From Antedon mediterranea (taxonomy: Eukaryota > Animalia > Echinodermata), in NCBI RefSeq assembly GCF_964355755.1, contig NC_092676.1:7665888-7729887 (forward strand): a DNA stretch of 64,000 nt, read 5' to 3'. Shown piece by piece: positions 24,846 through 40,400 of this stretch; the stretch's first letter is position 1; every line of letters begins with the position of its first letter. The position numbers and the translations under genes were made by a program. A model generated the notes under the pieces. It was not told where the DNA came from. It ran no database searches and saw only the letters and a program-made list of their open reading frames with translations.

Positions 24846-25314
24846 CAGGGTTCCAGTTTTTGTTTTAGTAAATTATTACAGTATATAATGATATACAAAA
24901 CATTTGTTCTAAATGAACAACAAAAGAGTAAGGCCAAGTTCACACTAGAACAACAAAAGAGTAAGGCCAAGTTCACACTAGAACAACAAAAGAGTAAGGC
25001 CAAGTTCACACTAGAGGACTGTAATCTAGATTGGGAGCTACCATTAGCCTAACCGATTGCAGCCTACGTGAGAACGCTCTATACGTCAACTAAATTATCA
25101 AATGTTTACAGTAAACAAAAGTATGTTGTAAATATAGGATAATAATTGTATATATAATATTTTTTGTTTATATTTAGTTCTTTGAAACAACAAAGGCTAT
25201 AAAAAAGTAATTTAATTTTGACAGGGATAAAATTCTAAACAGCAGTGATATACTAGAAATTTAATGGATATGATAAGGATGAAATTTTCCTTTTGCGAGA
25301 AAACTGGAACCCTA
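24846..25314. mobile_element. Possible TIR element containing a 33-bp x3 tandem repeat (24916-25014)
   Basis: AGGGTTCCAGTTTT ... AAAACTGGAACCCT inverted pair; no TSD seen. Confidence 0.45.
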
Positions 25315-28300
25315 ATAATCTAGGTAAATATTACTGGGGAAAAAAAAGTAGAGATCAAACGAGAGGCTTTGGCAAATAAAAAGAATGATTTAAAAAATCT
25401 ACTGTCTGACTGAAATAGAAACAGAAAAATGAGATTTGTTGGGAAATTCCCAGAAGCGCACATGAGATTCTAGATTTGAGTAGTGCTTATTATTAATGTG
25501 AGCTAGTTATTAAGAGCAAGGTCAAGAGTAAGGTCAGGAGAAGGTCACAAGTAAGGTCAAAGTTTAATGTGAGCTAGTTATTAAGAGCATTATTTGACCA
25601 AATCAACAGATGTATGCCGAATGAACATAGCAACAGGTAATGAAACCGATGAGTAAGGTCAAGAGAAGGTCAAAAGTAAGGTCAAAGTTTAATGTTAGTA
25701 TGATGTTCAACAAACTCATACAATTAATAAGTTGGTGGTGGGGACACCATTCAGACAGTAAAACATAAGAATTTAATATTCGATTTTTTAAATAATTTTA
25801 AACCTAATTTGACATCTAAAACCCTGAGATGAGAGAATATGACAATACACAACACATGGATATCTAACAATAACAACTAAAAGCATTCAATCACAAATTT
25901 TGATTTAAAAACAACTATGTAAAACAACTACCATAAATATATTTGCTTTTTGATTTAATACCAACATAGTAAATATTCTAATTTTGTTTATTTTATTAAA
26001 ACAGGTTTGTTTTATCCTGTCAATTATATTAATTGAAATAAATTGCATATATAGCCAATTAACTTACTGTCCCACTGATATTTTTTTGATAAATATTTAC
26101 CTTTTTGAAATTTAAGATAAACAGAAGTAGTAGTAGAATTAGAATTGTAACATTCACATTTCAAGAAGAAAATTTTAGTTTAAAAATAATTTTTTCGAAA
26201 AATGGGAACAAAAAATTCTTCTATGAATTGCACAGCCGATTTAATTAAAAGTAAAATTTTTTTCATTTTACCCAAGAGATTTTGACACAAGAAAATACTG
26301 TTATTATTATATATCATACAATTTCATATTAAATATTTTTCTGAAGATAAATGGATGGAAGTTTCTGTTACCTGAATTGAATACCAAATTCTTTTCCCCC
26401 TCATTACTGTAAAGTTATTATCAATGCTTTTAGAATAAAACTTATTCACACTATAACATCGTTTTCGGTTTTTTACTAAAATCAAACTGGAAATGAGAAC
26501 AAATTTGATACATCTAAAAATGTCATGTAGAATTCCCAGAAAGTGCGGACGAGATTCAATAGTGGAGTTTGATTCTAGAAAATTAAACATTTTTTAAAGA
26601 ATATTGCTAAGCAACAGTAAATAGTTTGAAGAAGTAATTTTGAAAATACGTCTGATAAATATCATTTATTTTCAGATTTTTAAAAATGTAACAATTTTAT
26701 CTATAGACACTGTACCTAACAATAAAACAAAAGTCGTTTTAAGTACTAACAATAATAATAATTATGTTTCTTTGGATTTAGCCGCCCATTCCACAATTTC
26801 TCGATTCATAATGGTAATGTTTAAAACAAATAAAAATCTTGGTTTGTACACAAAAAAAAAGAATTTTTTACATTGCTAATTTCTTAATGTTTCACTTTTT
26901 GAACATACATTTATTGCATAGTATGCTGTTAATCAATTTGGATATATCTTTATTTTTTTTCCTGACAAATATACTTGAAAATCAATTATACCCAATCAGA
27001 AATTCTGAAAATACGAGATTGGAAGAACACTCTAAAAACACACACACACACACACATACTCAAAAAATCCTAGTCATATCGTCAACGTCATATTTTATGC
27101 ACAAAACTGTTTTTTTAATGTTAATAAAAATGTGTAATCTTGAAAAACATGAATATTTTATGTATTGCTCTGAAATATATACTGTCTGCCGTGAAACTAA
27201 GAATAAAGAACATTATTTCAATCATAAGGAATTAATTATTAAAAATTTCTATTTCAATCAATTATTAATTTCGTTAATAACTTTTTTTAACGCAACTCCG
27301 CACCCCACTTTTTTTTAAACAGCTGCCAACCAATCAGATGCTGAATCTCAAATTCAAAAAAATTATGGTAAAAATGGTCAATTTTATAAAACTAAACATA
27401 ACATTTTTAATACTTACTTAAACAAAACTTACATTTTTTTTGGCAAGGTGGTCAAAGAAAGAATTATAAAAAAGCAACTATCGAAAACCAAGATTGTTGA
27501 ATTACTCAGTTTCAAGTAAATTTAAAGGTACAATTAAAAACTAATAAGACAATTTAATTAAGGTACTGTACTTCTATTTGAAATGTTGAAGGACAAAATG
27601 AGACAATATTCTAGGAATTGTATATCTCTTTGTTGTATGTAGTCTAACAGCTGAGATTACATAACAATCCAAGATAATGGGAAGGTACTCAACATATTTT
27701 AATTTATTCGTAAAAAAATGTAATTGTTCTAAAAACGAACTAAATATTAACAACTTTAAATTGTTCGTTTCTATTTCATACCAGACAGTATATTTTGAGG
27801 GAAAAAACGGTTTTTTTGCTGATGTACAATCTTTATTATGTTTATGTTATATAATAAATATGTTTTGTTTTTGTTTATTATGTTTGTTTGTTTGTGTCTG
27901 TCTGTATATACATGTTTATATTTACATTTGTTTGTTTTGTAAAAATATAATCTTTGCTTCTTTTTATGACAAATATTATGTTCAGCACTATGGTAAAGTT
28001 TTTGACATTTTTATAAATTGATTAATTAATATTCTGTTTTGTATTTCTAACACTATAATATATGTCAACAATGTATATTTGGTTGATGCTGTGTATTTAT
28101 TTATAATAACATGTGACTGAAGTACATTTGCATACATGTGTAAAGAGGTTATTTTATATAGTAAAAAAGTAAACTTAAATAATTAAAATATCCAACATCT
28201 ATTTCAATGTGACATGTCCCTACAAAAAACAAGGAGATTTTCGATTGCTAATAATGATAAATAATGTATTACACAGTAATGTGTAAAGGTTTGTATCGCG

Positions 28301-31300
28301 AGTAATAGTGTGTTCCCAGCAAATTCAAAATCAAGAATGTCTTAGTTATGCTACACTTGCCAAACCGATATGTTCCATTTTTGCTTTAATACTTGCAATT
28401 TTAATATTACATTTTTATATTGGTCAATTCAGCTTTTCTCCGGAAAACGGTTGTAGAATAACTTGACATAATTAGATTTTGTACAAAACAAAAACCTGTA
28501 ATATCAGGTATGATAATTATTAAATCTGTTAATAAATGTATTGAATTGAGGACTTGTTAAAATGCAACAAAGCCGATTGTGTTCAATTTGTATTCTGAAA
28601 ATAAATCATTGGTAAATTGAAATGAAATTAACCCTTCCCCACCGCTCCCCTCCCCCAGGTTGTAGGAACATGTCTTTAAATGTAAAACATTAACACCAAT
28701 GAACACTAGAACCCATACAATAGTTCTGTAAACGAACAAAAAAAACATCACTACAAACCTTATCTACAAATGTAAAGCCAGTCAAAACAAGAGGTATTCA
28801 GATTAAGTCATGACAATTGACTCGTGTAGTCTAATCATTTTAATCACCGTGATAACACCATTGATGCATATACACGTCAATAATCAAACTGTGCATGAAT
28901 ATGGTGCTATGCAAGAATTAGTACAACAAGTTTTAAAGTTCCAATACTTTCAACAAAGGTAGCTGATTGGTCAGATTGAATGTACATCAAATTTTTTAAG
29001 ATAAAAAGTGAAGAAACATGGATTAGTGAAGGATTTTGCCAAATTTAATTTTTGCATGAAACAACAAACAATAAAAGTCACATGATGCATCTGAATTCCT
29101 TATGTGTAGGCTAATGCAATGAAAATAAGACAACATGTACTATCTACTACTTAGACTCTGTCCAGACTGCTGAATGTTTCCATATATGGAAATGGTATTA
29201 CCAAATATGGTAGTGATATTACCTTATATGAAAATGGTATTGCCATATATGGCCATAACAGTTTATTTCAGGCCTGGACAGTTTTTTAAAGATTGATACA
29301 ATAGCAGCTCTTTGCTGTAAAATTACAGTTCAGTGTAATAACAATAACTTCGCAAAATTTTTTTGAAATCAGACAAATTGTTGAATATTTTTTCCTAGTC
29401 ATGGAATAATTAATATAGAATTTTTTCCTAGAATTTCCACAATTTAGTAATCTGTAATTTACACCACGTTTAAACAAACTTTACATTTATCTACAATGCA
29501 ACACAAACTGAGAATGAATGATATTATTTGAAATATCTGAATTGCAATCTGTTTTATCCCCTTTTTTGTTTTTTTTTAAATATTTTTTTTATATTTGAGT
29601 TTAGTATTGTTTTCTACATCGTAAGAATTTCTTTAAGATGTTTTTTGGCAAAGAGCAAGATGGATACAACAATCACATAAAGAGAGAGAATACTAATGGG
29701 GTGGGGGGGGGGGGCACTTTCAGGCCTCAATAAGTGTCCGCTTAATAGGGGTGTCCGACAGGAGGTGTTCTACTACTATTCACCATAACAACAAAAATCA
29801 TATGTTTGTGTCATTTACAGAAACAAGTTAAAGTTAAAATTAGGAAAAAATCTTGCATGATACTGGTAATTTAAAAAGTACTGTATATTATTCTGTCATT
29901 TTAAATAATTTCTTTTCTATTATTTAATAGGAAAATTGTTTTAATAAACTAAACAGAAAAACCATGCAATTAATATATGCAGTTCTTCTCTTAATACTAT
30001 GTACTATAACTCATGCAAAATAATATTTAAAGTTCTATTTTTCTAAGAATAATTGTTATTATCTTGATGTTATGGCGTTTGGCCATTTTATAGTGCTGAG
30101 CACACATTAGTAATTTTTACATCCTACCCTAGTATGTACACAAAACAACAGAATATAGCAAAGTTAACCTTTGAACCGTAATATAACTTTGAAGGATAAA
30201 AAATAAACATGTTAATTTTATTTAAAACTATAACACATTAACTTTAAAACATAGACAGGCCTTGAAACCAATGTGAGCCCTTGACAAATTTAATAAATAT
30301 TTTCTTTTTATGAAAAAATTAGTTTTCATAGAACAATTTTTTAACACATTATCTGCAAATTACAATATAAATTTTTCTCTTCTAATTTAGAAAAATGTTT
30401 GGAAAACAAAGTTGAATTTGATTTTGGATCAAAAATTCTTGTTAACATAATTTAATATCATAATTTGAACTTGATTATGTAACGTATATGAACAAATCTT
30501 TAACCATAAATTGACAAAAGCAGCTCAAATAATTTTTATTTTTAATTTAGTATTAAAAAGATACATTTAATTTATGAACTGTAATGTTCAAATTACACTG
30601 TGTTTGAAGATAATACAGTTTGGTATGTTATTCTAAAAGCCAATTTAAACTTTGAAAAACCAATTCTGTTTTTTCTGTCCCCACAATTGGCACCATGTGA
30701 TGAGTATTTATTTGGTGGGAAAAGTTGGAATAAAAGTGACAAATTTACTCATTTTTTTAAAACAATATTTGAAAAACTTTACCATGATGATAAAATAAAT
30801 CGTTTTACACAGATAATAATATACTCATAATTGAATTGAAATTTGGTTAAGATTCTAATCTAATTTCTCTATAATCTTTAGTATTTAATAGCATATAAAT
30901 TCAAAGTAAAATACTGTAATAATATGACAACAATTTTAGTAACATAATATATATATGGCAATGGTTGGTATTAATTTTATGGATAAATTTTGTTTTAAAT
31001 TTTGCACATTTTTTAATTTTTTTTATGAGCTAAAAATAAACAATAAATCCATAATGGAAAGACAATAAACTAAATGTTCTAATTAAAATCAATTTCGAAA
31101 CATTGTAACCATAGGAACAGAAACATTTACATAATTTTGTATTGAACGCAAAAAAAAACATAAATTTAAAGTTTAAAAAAAACTAATTTGTTGTATTTTA
31201 TATATATATATTGCTGTTTAAAGAAGGTGAAAACCATGTGTGGATGAGTAAAAAAATATATTTATCAGTTCCATAACTGATAAAAACACTGTTATGGTGG

Positions 31301-31455
31301 ACAGACGGGTATGTTAGTGTAGCTAAAAATAGAAAAAAAATCATGTTTGTTTTTTCCGCAAAACACCTACATTTATTCTACTTACAGTGTTAGTTTGCCT
31401 ACCAATTTTCTTTTCTCGTTACAATTTTGATCCATGTTGTATATGGTGGCGCTCT

Positions 31456-34400
31456 TCAAAACTGAAAACCCTGCATAGGAACGTTTTCTTGAGTTCCAAA
31501 CAAGTATTCTTGAGATTCGGGGTTAACTTGAGGGGTAACTTTGACGTCATCTTCTACAGTTCCGAAGTACTGCTCGATAATGAAGGCGGCTTTTAGGTAA
31601 ATATCATGATTTTCATGACTTTGTAGAAACTCAATCTTGTCAAGGCCTAATAAATTTGTTTTAAATAAAAAAAAAAACATTTCATTAGTGTTAAAACACA
31701 ATGTTGTGAGGGACTACCAACGAATATCGGAAAAAATATCACGTGTACCACAATTATCAATGATATTTTGAACACATAAAGAAATTTTGAAAGTGAGATC
31801 ATTAAGGTTCTCTGTCAATTTAACAAGTGTTCAGTAATATCCTAAGTCAAGTGGTGAAGCGGTTAAGGCAGGGGCGCCGCAAACCATAGATACAATTGGC
31901 ACATGTTCAAATCACTTCTTTGTTCTGATGGTAGAACAATCTGTCTCAGATAAGGACTGGAGGTCCTGTGTACATATCTGGCTCATGTGCACTTTTAAGA
32001 AAAAATCTTTCGGGAGAGTAGGGTGGTACCCCGGTGTACAGCTCCTGGACAGACGGACGTGTGCCGTTTGATGGCAGTACTTAACAAGAGACCCTTACAT
32101 AAAAAAAAAAATTATCATATGTGTCGTCCACACCTGTGCGCAATTCAGCTCAGTTAGGATGCAAGTCACAGGTTATTATTATTATTATTCAGCCATTTAC
32201 ATTTAAATTAAAATATTACAATAAACAAACTCATTCTTCAAATTTTCAAAGCATATGAATGAAAAATATTACATTAGAAAGAAAAATCTTGCCATGGGTT
32301 TAGTTAATAAAACTGAAAAATAGCGATAATGTGGACCTGACTGACAAAGGTAAAGCAGTATTTATAATACCAAAACATTCTTCTATTTTCTCAGCATAGG
32401 GATTGACACCGCTGACATGCTGTTTAGCTTCTTGCTCTCCTTGCTTCAGTATATTTTCTAAACCATTCAAAGCAACTTGTACTATTTTGTTGTCCATTAC
32501 TGTTAGTAGATCACACAGTGGTCGTATACAGCCTTCATGTATGATGAACCTAATGTAAATTTATAAAATAACATTATAAACAGTGATAATGATAAAGGAG
32601 ATTAACTAATTACAAACTGCTATTCATTAATTAAATTAAAGATCACTTTTTGTCTCTTTGACAATTGGATATGTTCTTCGCCGTTGTTTAATGTTCCATG
32701 ACTTGCTACTTTTTTACAGCAGCAGCAACAGCAGTATATTTGTTTATATAATTATTAATTTGTCAAGGATTTTCATCTTCTTGTTATCCCTCCAAATCTC
32801 AATCTATCATTACTGTCTTTTTTTTACATATTGTCTTAAATAAATGTCTTTTGTATTGAATCTTTTGAATTTAATTTGAGGTTTTAAACACTTTTTATTC
32901 TCTTATTAGTTTTCTTATTATTTATTTTTGTCAATCTCAATTGGATCAACTTCTACAAACCACAAAAATTTATTTCAGTAATTTGAAATTTAAATTATAT
33001 TCAGTAAATGACTGAATCTGGTGTACCTAAGAATGCCGGAAAGAATTAAATTTTAATTTAACATCTCAGGTACTGAACTGGGATATTATCAACAAAAACA
33101 AAAATAAAAGTGCTCTTGGAAAAAATACAGAGGTATAGAAACAATTCAATATGCTAATGCTAAAATTATTCTCTTGAACACAATGAGTCAAAAGCAGTAA
33201 CAAGATTTAAAGAACAAACCGTATCTGGTCGGGTGTACCCCCTGATGTTGCATTTGTTATCGCCCACGCTGCCTCCTTTCGGGTCTTGAATTCTGCTTTG
33301 CCTAAAATTTCTATTAGCATTGGAATAATATTGGCATCTATCACTTCCTACAAATTAAACCAAGAACAAAATAACTGCTTATTTAAACGGAAGATTATAA
33401 TTTACAATTCTATAAAACTATTCCTGTACCGTATATTTCGGTGTATAAGTCGCACCTGTGTATAAGACGCACCCCCTAACTGAGAGTAAAATATCGGTAT
33501 TTTTTATATTGTCGATGTATAAGACGCACCTTATATTTCATCAAAACAATGTTTTTTTAAATTGTAATCAATATTATTGTAATAATATATTTTGTTATAT
33601 CTACAACGGCGTCATTTATTTAGGTTTTTTCTTACCTAGGCTCGGCCGCGCCCAGCCTCAACAAGTTCTTTCTAACTTGTTATTCATGAGTTTCGCCGCA
33701 ACATCGAGTGCATGACCATGTGTGTAACATGATGTACGTGTGTGGGCTAGCCTCGCTCGATCATTTCGAGAGGGCGCACGTTTTAACGGACAATCGTATT
33801 CGATTAGTATCTATGTATCCGAGAAGTGTGTCCATGCTATAATCACCTGGAGAATATACTACTAGTCGAATACCGTACACCATGTGGCCACCAAAAGAAG
33901 GGCTTGCGCTGGGGGTACGGCGATCGTGCGTATAACTACTGTATAAATAAATACTATTCCAATCGGATCGTATTAAACGGAGCGCCATAATGAACAAATC
34001 TTTTCATCATATTTAGTATAACATCATGCTAAAATGACTTGAAAACTAGGCAGAAGCAGGTTGCCGTTACGTTAGTTAGTTACTGTAGCTAGGCCTAGCC
34101 TACTCAGGCCTAGCAAACGAGGTGACGATAGCCTAGGCCTATGTACAATCTGTGTGGTGAGGCATTTATGTTCGGTGTATAAGACGCACCCTTAATTTAG
34201 AGGTCAAATTTGCGTGTCAAAAGTGCGACTTATACACCGAAATATACGGTATATAATAATATACAAGTTCTTGTATAGCACCAATTTCAACATCAGGTCA
34301 TTGCTATCAAGTCTACTTCTCATTCGTCTGTCCAATAGACAGTTAGGATTATACTTGAGGATAGGATTATAGTCGAGCATGGGACTATACTCAAGCACAG

Positions 34401-37400
34401 GATTTTACTTGAGCACGGGATTATACTTGAACATGGACTATACTCGAGCATGGGACTATACTCGAGCATGGGACTATACTCGAGCATAGGATTATACTCG
34501 CGCATAGGATTTTACTTGAGCATGGGATTATACTCAACAAGGAGGGGATTATACTTGAGCATGGGATTATATTTAATCATGGCATTATACTTGAGCATGG
34601 GATTATACTTGAACATGGGATTATACTTGAACATGGGATTATACTTGAACATGGGATTATACTTGAACATGGGATTATACATGAGCATGGGATTATACTT
34701 GCGCATTGCATTATACTCGACATGGATGGGATTATACTCGACATGGATGGGATTATACTCGACATGGATGGGATTATACTCAACAAGGATAGGATTATAC
34801 TTAAGCATGAGATTATACTCAAGCATGGGATTATACTCAAGCATGGATTACACTTGCGCATTGGATTATACTTGAGCATGGGATTATACCTGACAAAGAT
34901 GGGATTATACTTGAAAGGATAGAATTATACTTGAGCATGGGATTATACTTGAACATGGATTATACTTGAGAATGGTATTACACTTGAGCATGGGAGTATA
35001 CTTGAGCATGGGAGTATACATGAGCATGTGATTCTACTTGAGCATATATTGTAATTCAATTTAAAATTATTTATTATAATTTAAAATTTTACTTAAGATT
35101 CCGTCATTAAATGGATGTAATTTTTGTCACTTGAAGAATTGAATTGGTGTGTTCTTGGGTAAGATGTTTTAATATTGCCTTGTCCTTCAAATAGGACATA
35201 AAGTCCACCCACATATGCAAACTAAAGAACTCCGTACACACATCAAACCAATTCTTACTTGTATTTGTTGTCTGTTGCCAGCTGTGATGTTTGAAATTGT
35301 CCAACAAGCTTCCTTACGGATTGATTCCTTTGGATTGCTAAGTAGATGAAGAAGACTTGCTAATGCCGAACAGTTTAGAATTACCTGGAAAAAGTTGGAA
35401 CTCAGTGTTTAGCAAGGGAAAAAGTTTGTAATAATCTCTAAAAATGATCATTTCAGCCATATTCAAATTTATCAAATCAATTTTAAGTTCTTACCTGTGT
35501 TTGGACATCATCTCCTGTTACTACATTTCCTACTGCTCTCAAAGCTGCCGATACCACACTTTGAGATGTGTGCCTGTAAATGAACAAAACAGGTATTATA
35601 TAAATACCTAAACTGAAAGATGTAACCACATTAGATAAGAAAGCAGGACATTGTTGGTCCTGGGCTATTACAGTGGATGTTAAGGACTTGGTACACTGCA
35701 CAGCTGGCTGCCGTGGGTCTGCAGAGGGCCTAATCGAAATTTCCTGTCCTGTGGTGGACACTTTTATGTGCGACACATGGTTAAAAACCATCCTTAAGAC
35801 ATCATTATTAAAGTAAAGGAGCATATCCCCACTTCTCTCTCAGGGGGTGTCTTACTGGAGGTGCTGACCGGACTTTATCAACCCATACTGACTTTAACAT
35901 ACTATGTACATTTTTTTATTTTATTTGTTTATGTCTTTGTTCCTGAATGTTGTCTCGTCTGTGTGTACTGTATATATGGTATCCAAACTGTCCACCACTA
36001 CTTTTTTAAAGAAGTGTGGAAGACACACTGACTTACATTAGTAATTCTACCAATCTACGGCATACTCCACTATCAATTACTGCTTGTATTTTCTCATTAG
36101 GTCCGTCTGATAAATAAGACAATGCCCAACAAGCATCCGCTAACACATCTTGATCAGAACTGAACAATAGTCTTGACAACACAGGTAAGCAGGGAGACAC
36201 CTGTAAAATGAACAAATATTTGCATCTAAAAGTTAAACAAAAGCAATGATTCAAATATTATATTATAATGCACCGTTATCAATAGCTTTGTTACAAAAAG
36301 GATTCTTAATTATTTACACCCACACATATACAGTTATATATATGCTTGTAATGTAGAACTGGCTTTTACCAAAACAGATTATGTAAATTTCTGTGTGTTG
36401 TATGCATGTTGTAAAGCGTGGTTCCCACTAGAACGCAACTCAACGCAGCGACGTATCGAAGCAAAGTGCTGTATTGTGTAATCACCAGTGGGAACCGACG
36501 ACGCAACAGTACTGCAAACAATGCTATGGGAAATGAAATCAGTTTAATTTCACGCAGCAACGCAAAGGCAAAAGAACACGGGAAAACATAGTACAGCGTA
36601 CTCAAAAGTAGGCGTGGTGAACCAGGTTAAAGTCTAGCTAAAGTTGACGCGCAACAAGCAGGTTTGATTTCACGTAGGTGGGAGCAAACCGAATTATTGA
36701 AAGGCATTTCCTTACGTTGCATCAGTTGCGTTGCCCTTGTGTTGCTAGTGGGAACTAAGCTTTAAAGAACAAACAACTTACCTTTTCAAATTCCGGAGCT
36801 GGATTTTTTCCCCGGCATAAATTAGAGAGTGCCCATACTGCATTTCTTGTCATCGATATTCTAGATGATTGAGCTAATAATCTACATTCAAACAAAAGAC
36901 AGTGTGTGCGTTAATTAAATTATATTTTTACTGTTATTATTTTGAGAAATTTGACACTGAAGCTAACAAAATCAGGTGTTACTGCAGTAAAAAAAATGTA
37001 GTATTACTGCAGTAACTGTAAAACATTGAAAAAATTTTCTCTTAATTTTCTGTTCCATTTTTTACTTACTGACTGAACTTAAAACTTACATTAGTAATGG
37101 AGGAAGGATTCCACAATCCAAAACATAGTCCCTACAATCTGGGCTGTCACCCGCAATATTGCCTAGAGCCCACACAGCCTGCAGAAACAAAATACAATCT
37201 TGAATATTGGTGTTTGTTATTGTTTTATCAATAATTTTTTTATATATTTAACTTAAATGAATAAAAACAATAACATTGATCATGTTAAGATCTGTACCTA
37301 AAAATTAGCATGTATAATGCGTACCAAGGACAAACAAAATGCATTGGCAACTCATCATTTCACTCATCAAACAAAGCATGAATGGATTATAAACATTATA

Positions 37401-40400
37401 TGGACCAATATTAGTTTCTATTCCATTATCAATTTTCAAAATCGTAAGTTCACTACAAAATGCACTCAACACAATCAAATGTCCAAATAGATAAATGGGA
37501 ACAATGTTCTTACTTGTTCTTGTACATCTTCATTCTGAGCCTTCAGTAACATGATAAAAATGGGTACAGCTCCCGCTTCGATCACTGTCCTCGTTTGAAG
37601 AGATGTTCCTGATGCAATGTTGGTTAACGCCCAAGCTGCTTCAAACTTTAAATAAAAGAAAATAATCTTTCATACTAAAAAAAATCTTTGTGCTATATAA
37701 CCGAACAAATTTGTTTCTTATTGTAACAGAATATAAAACACAAGTGTAAAAAGACACTAACTTTTGTTTTGTTTTTATATATTTAGGCAAATGGCCAAGG
37801 ATAAAGCATAAGCGAATTCATTAACTATTCTCCTGAAAGTTGTCAATCTATTCAAAGGACAAACATACTGTATATATACAGGGAAAATTTTCATTCAAAA
37901 ATTTTGTTTACCAATATTGCTAATCAAACTGATTTTTAAGTCGAGAAACATAGTTTTGTATTGTATTTTTTGCTACACAATTTTCAAAATGTGTAGCAAT
38001 AAGGTTGTTTTGTATAGCTTTTTGCTACGCTACACTGGCGAAAATATTCCCTGTATATAGGATCTCTACAAAACAATTTATTTATTGATTTGGCCTAGGA
38101 GTCACAATAGTAGGAAACCCACAGTTCCCTAGATAGTGGCTGTGTGTGACAGTGGCTGTGTGAGTACTAGTAAACCGGGGTAATAGGTTCTTTAAAGTGC
38201 ACGCGAGTGTACACTGGACCTTCGGTTTATAGTTATTATCAGAGAATACTCGTTCAACCACCAGATTAATGGAGAGAGTGAACCTTGAACACTTGCCGGT
38301 GTAATGTGGCATGTGTTCCACTGTCTTAACGACTCGACCGTTACAAGTCTTTGGGAGTAAAGTTGTCATGAGAAACAATTCTGACATCTGACAGGATTTG
38401 AACCTAGTAGCCATATTCACCTATCAAACTTAGGCCACTGTAAGGGGAACTAATTTAGTATCTAAAAAAAATATCTCCCTTAATAATAATAAATAAAAAT
38501 ATAAATATAGCCACAATAACCTAAAATCGGTAGCCAAGTAATTTAACCACCAATCTACAACTCCTTGTTACCAATTAAAAATTATAACTCGCACAATTTA
38601 AATTGAAGAGGTTCTCTTTAATTTAAATGGTCATGAGTATACAGTAACTACCTGTACCTGCCTTTTCTTCCAGGTTACTATGTCCGCAGAACGGCTGCAG
38701 TAGAAACTAAACACATTCAATTTAAATTCAAGAGGTTTTTTAAATCATTATATATTAATAAACGTACCTGTAGTGTAAACATAGCCTCTCCTTCCTTCTC
38801 ATGTTGTAGGAACTCCACAAATCGTGGAATAATTCCTGTTTGAATAACTTCGTCTATAGGTGGATTTGGCTCTGTCATTAAATTAAATCAAAATCGTTAC
38901 TGATAATTTATAACTTGAGAATCATTACTATTTTATTGCTTTTCATACGTTTTACTCTGTCTACACTATCAAACTTTATGTGACAAAAAAGTGTGATGTT
39001 CCCAAATATGGTAGTGAATGCTTAAATATGGTAGTGATATGACATCATCATGTCCATATGGGCACATCACATGTTTTTGTCACATAAGGTTTATAGTGTA
39101 GACAGAGCATTATGCTTCTCTCAATAGACTACTGGGCTAGTTTAATATGTATATTTGAATTTGGAACTCATATTCCTAAAGAAAAACATACATACAATAA
39201 AAATGATTATTTAACGAACTACAGTACAGATCAAAATAACTTGTTGATTTAATTTGTTATTTGTTTTTATGGAAACTTTACTGAAAATGATAAGAAAACT
39301 ATTGAGAGACCACGTAAAATTGCACAACGTATTATTAAAGCTGATTTAACGCCTTGTTCATTTATCTATGAAAAGAGTATTTAAAAAAAAGTAAACATCC
39401 GTTACATTACTGTTATAACTTAAGTAGATCAGGTATTAGGCTACGACCTCCAAGAGCAAATCTTTGTAGAACTAGAAAATCCTTCGTTGTAAAATAGCAT
39501 TCATATTTTTAATTTAAATGTAAGACGATAATGCAATTTTTAAATAGTTTTAAATTTTAAACAGTTTTTTTTTTAATTTTTAACTTTTTATCTTGTATTT
39601 TAATCTGTTATAATACTGCACGTTTTAAATTGTTGCTACATTTTTTATGTTTGTTTTTTATTGTTGTTTTAATCTACCAAGCAAAGTGAATTTCCAAATT
39701 TTTGGCCAATGAAAATTTCTTGAATCTTCAATTTTGTTACTTATTTGTTTGGTATTGTTTAATGATTTAATCTATTTTATGACAATCAAAATAATTTAAT
39801 TTTAAGGATATAGACAATACTATAAAAAGCTACAAACTTTTAACAATCAATTTTTTTTTATGTATAAATAACTAAATAATTCATATTGTTAGTGTGTAAT
39901 GATGCAAGTAATCATGTTAAAATTATCCTACTGCAGGTACTGCAGTAACTACGTTTGTTGGCAATAACGTAGCTTTAAGATAGATGTTTATGAGGCAGTC
40001 ACTGCAGTAAAAGTGTTTTATAACAGGTTAAGAGTAATCAAGATATGGTTACTGCAGCAACTGCATAAAAATAATTTTTACATGGTACTGTTAATAATAA
40101 TTTTGAATTAAATTTAATTACTAATAAAAATAAATAATTATTGTTTTTGTATTTAGATGGTATATAAAAATATAACAGTGACAACGAAGGGGAAGAAAAA
40201 CCCTAAACAAAGCGTTGTTTGACCTACATAATGGTAAATAAATAACGACAAAATAGTATGTTTTAGGAAATGAGATGACATGAAAAGGAAGCGAGATTAA
40301 CAATTGGCATTCTGACTGGTAATAGCGCTGAATCACTCTTGGAGTTTCCAACACTGATGGCAAAACAAAATTGATATCATTGCTAAATTAGAAACGTTAT

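Noticed and set aside
26324-28021. 100-160 aa ORFs in the FAM162-KPNA interval
   Set aside because: F/I/K/N-biased translations of AT-rich non-coding DNA, with no homology recognised.
34204-34922. Several repetitive ORFs (MGLYL.., KYNPM..)
   Set aside because: 18-bp minisatellite in a KPNA intron.
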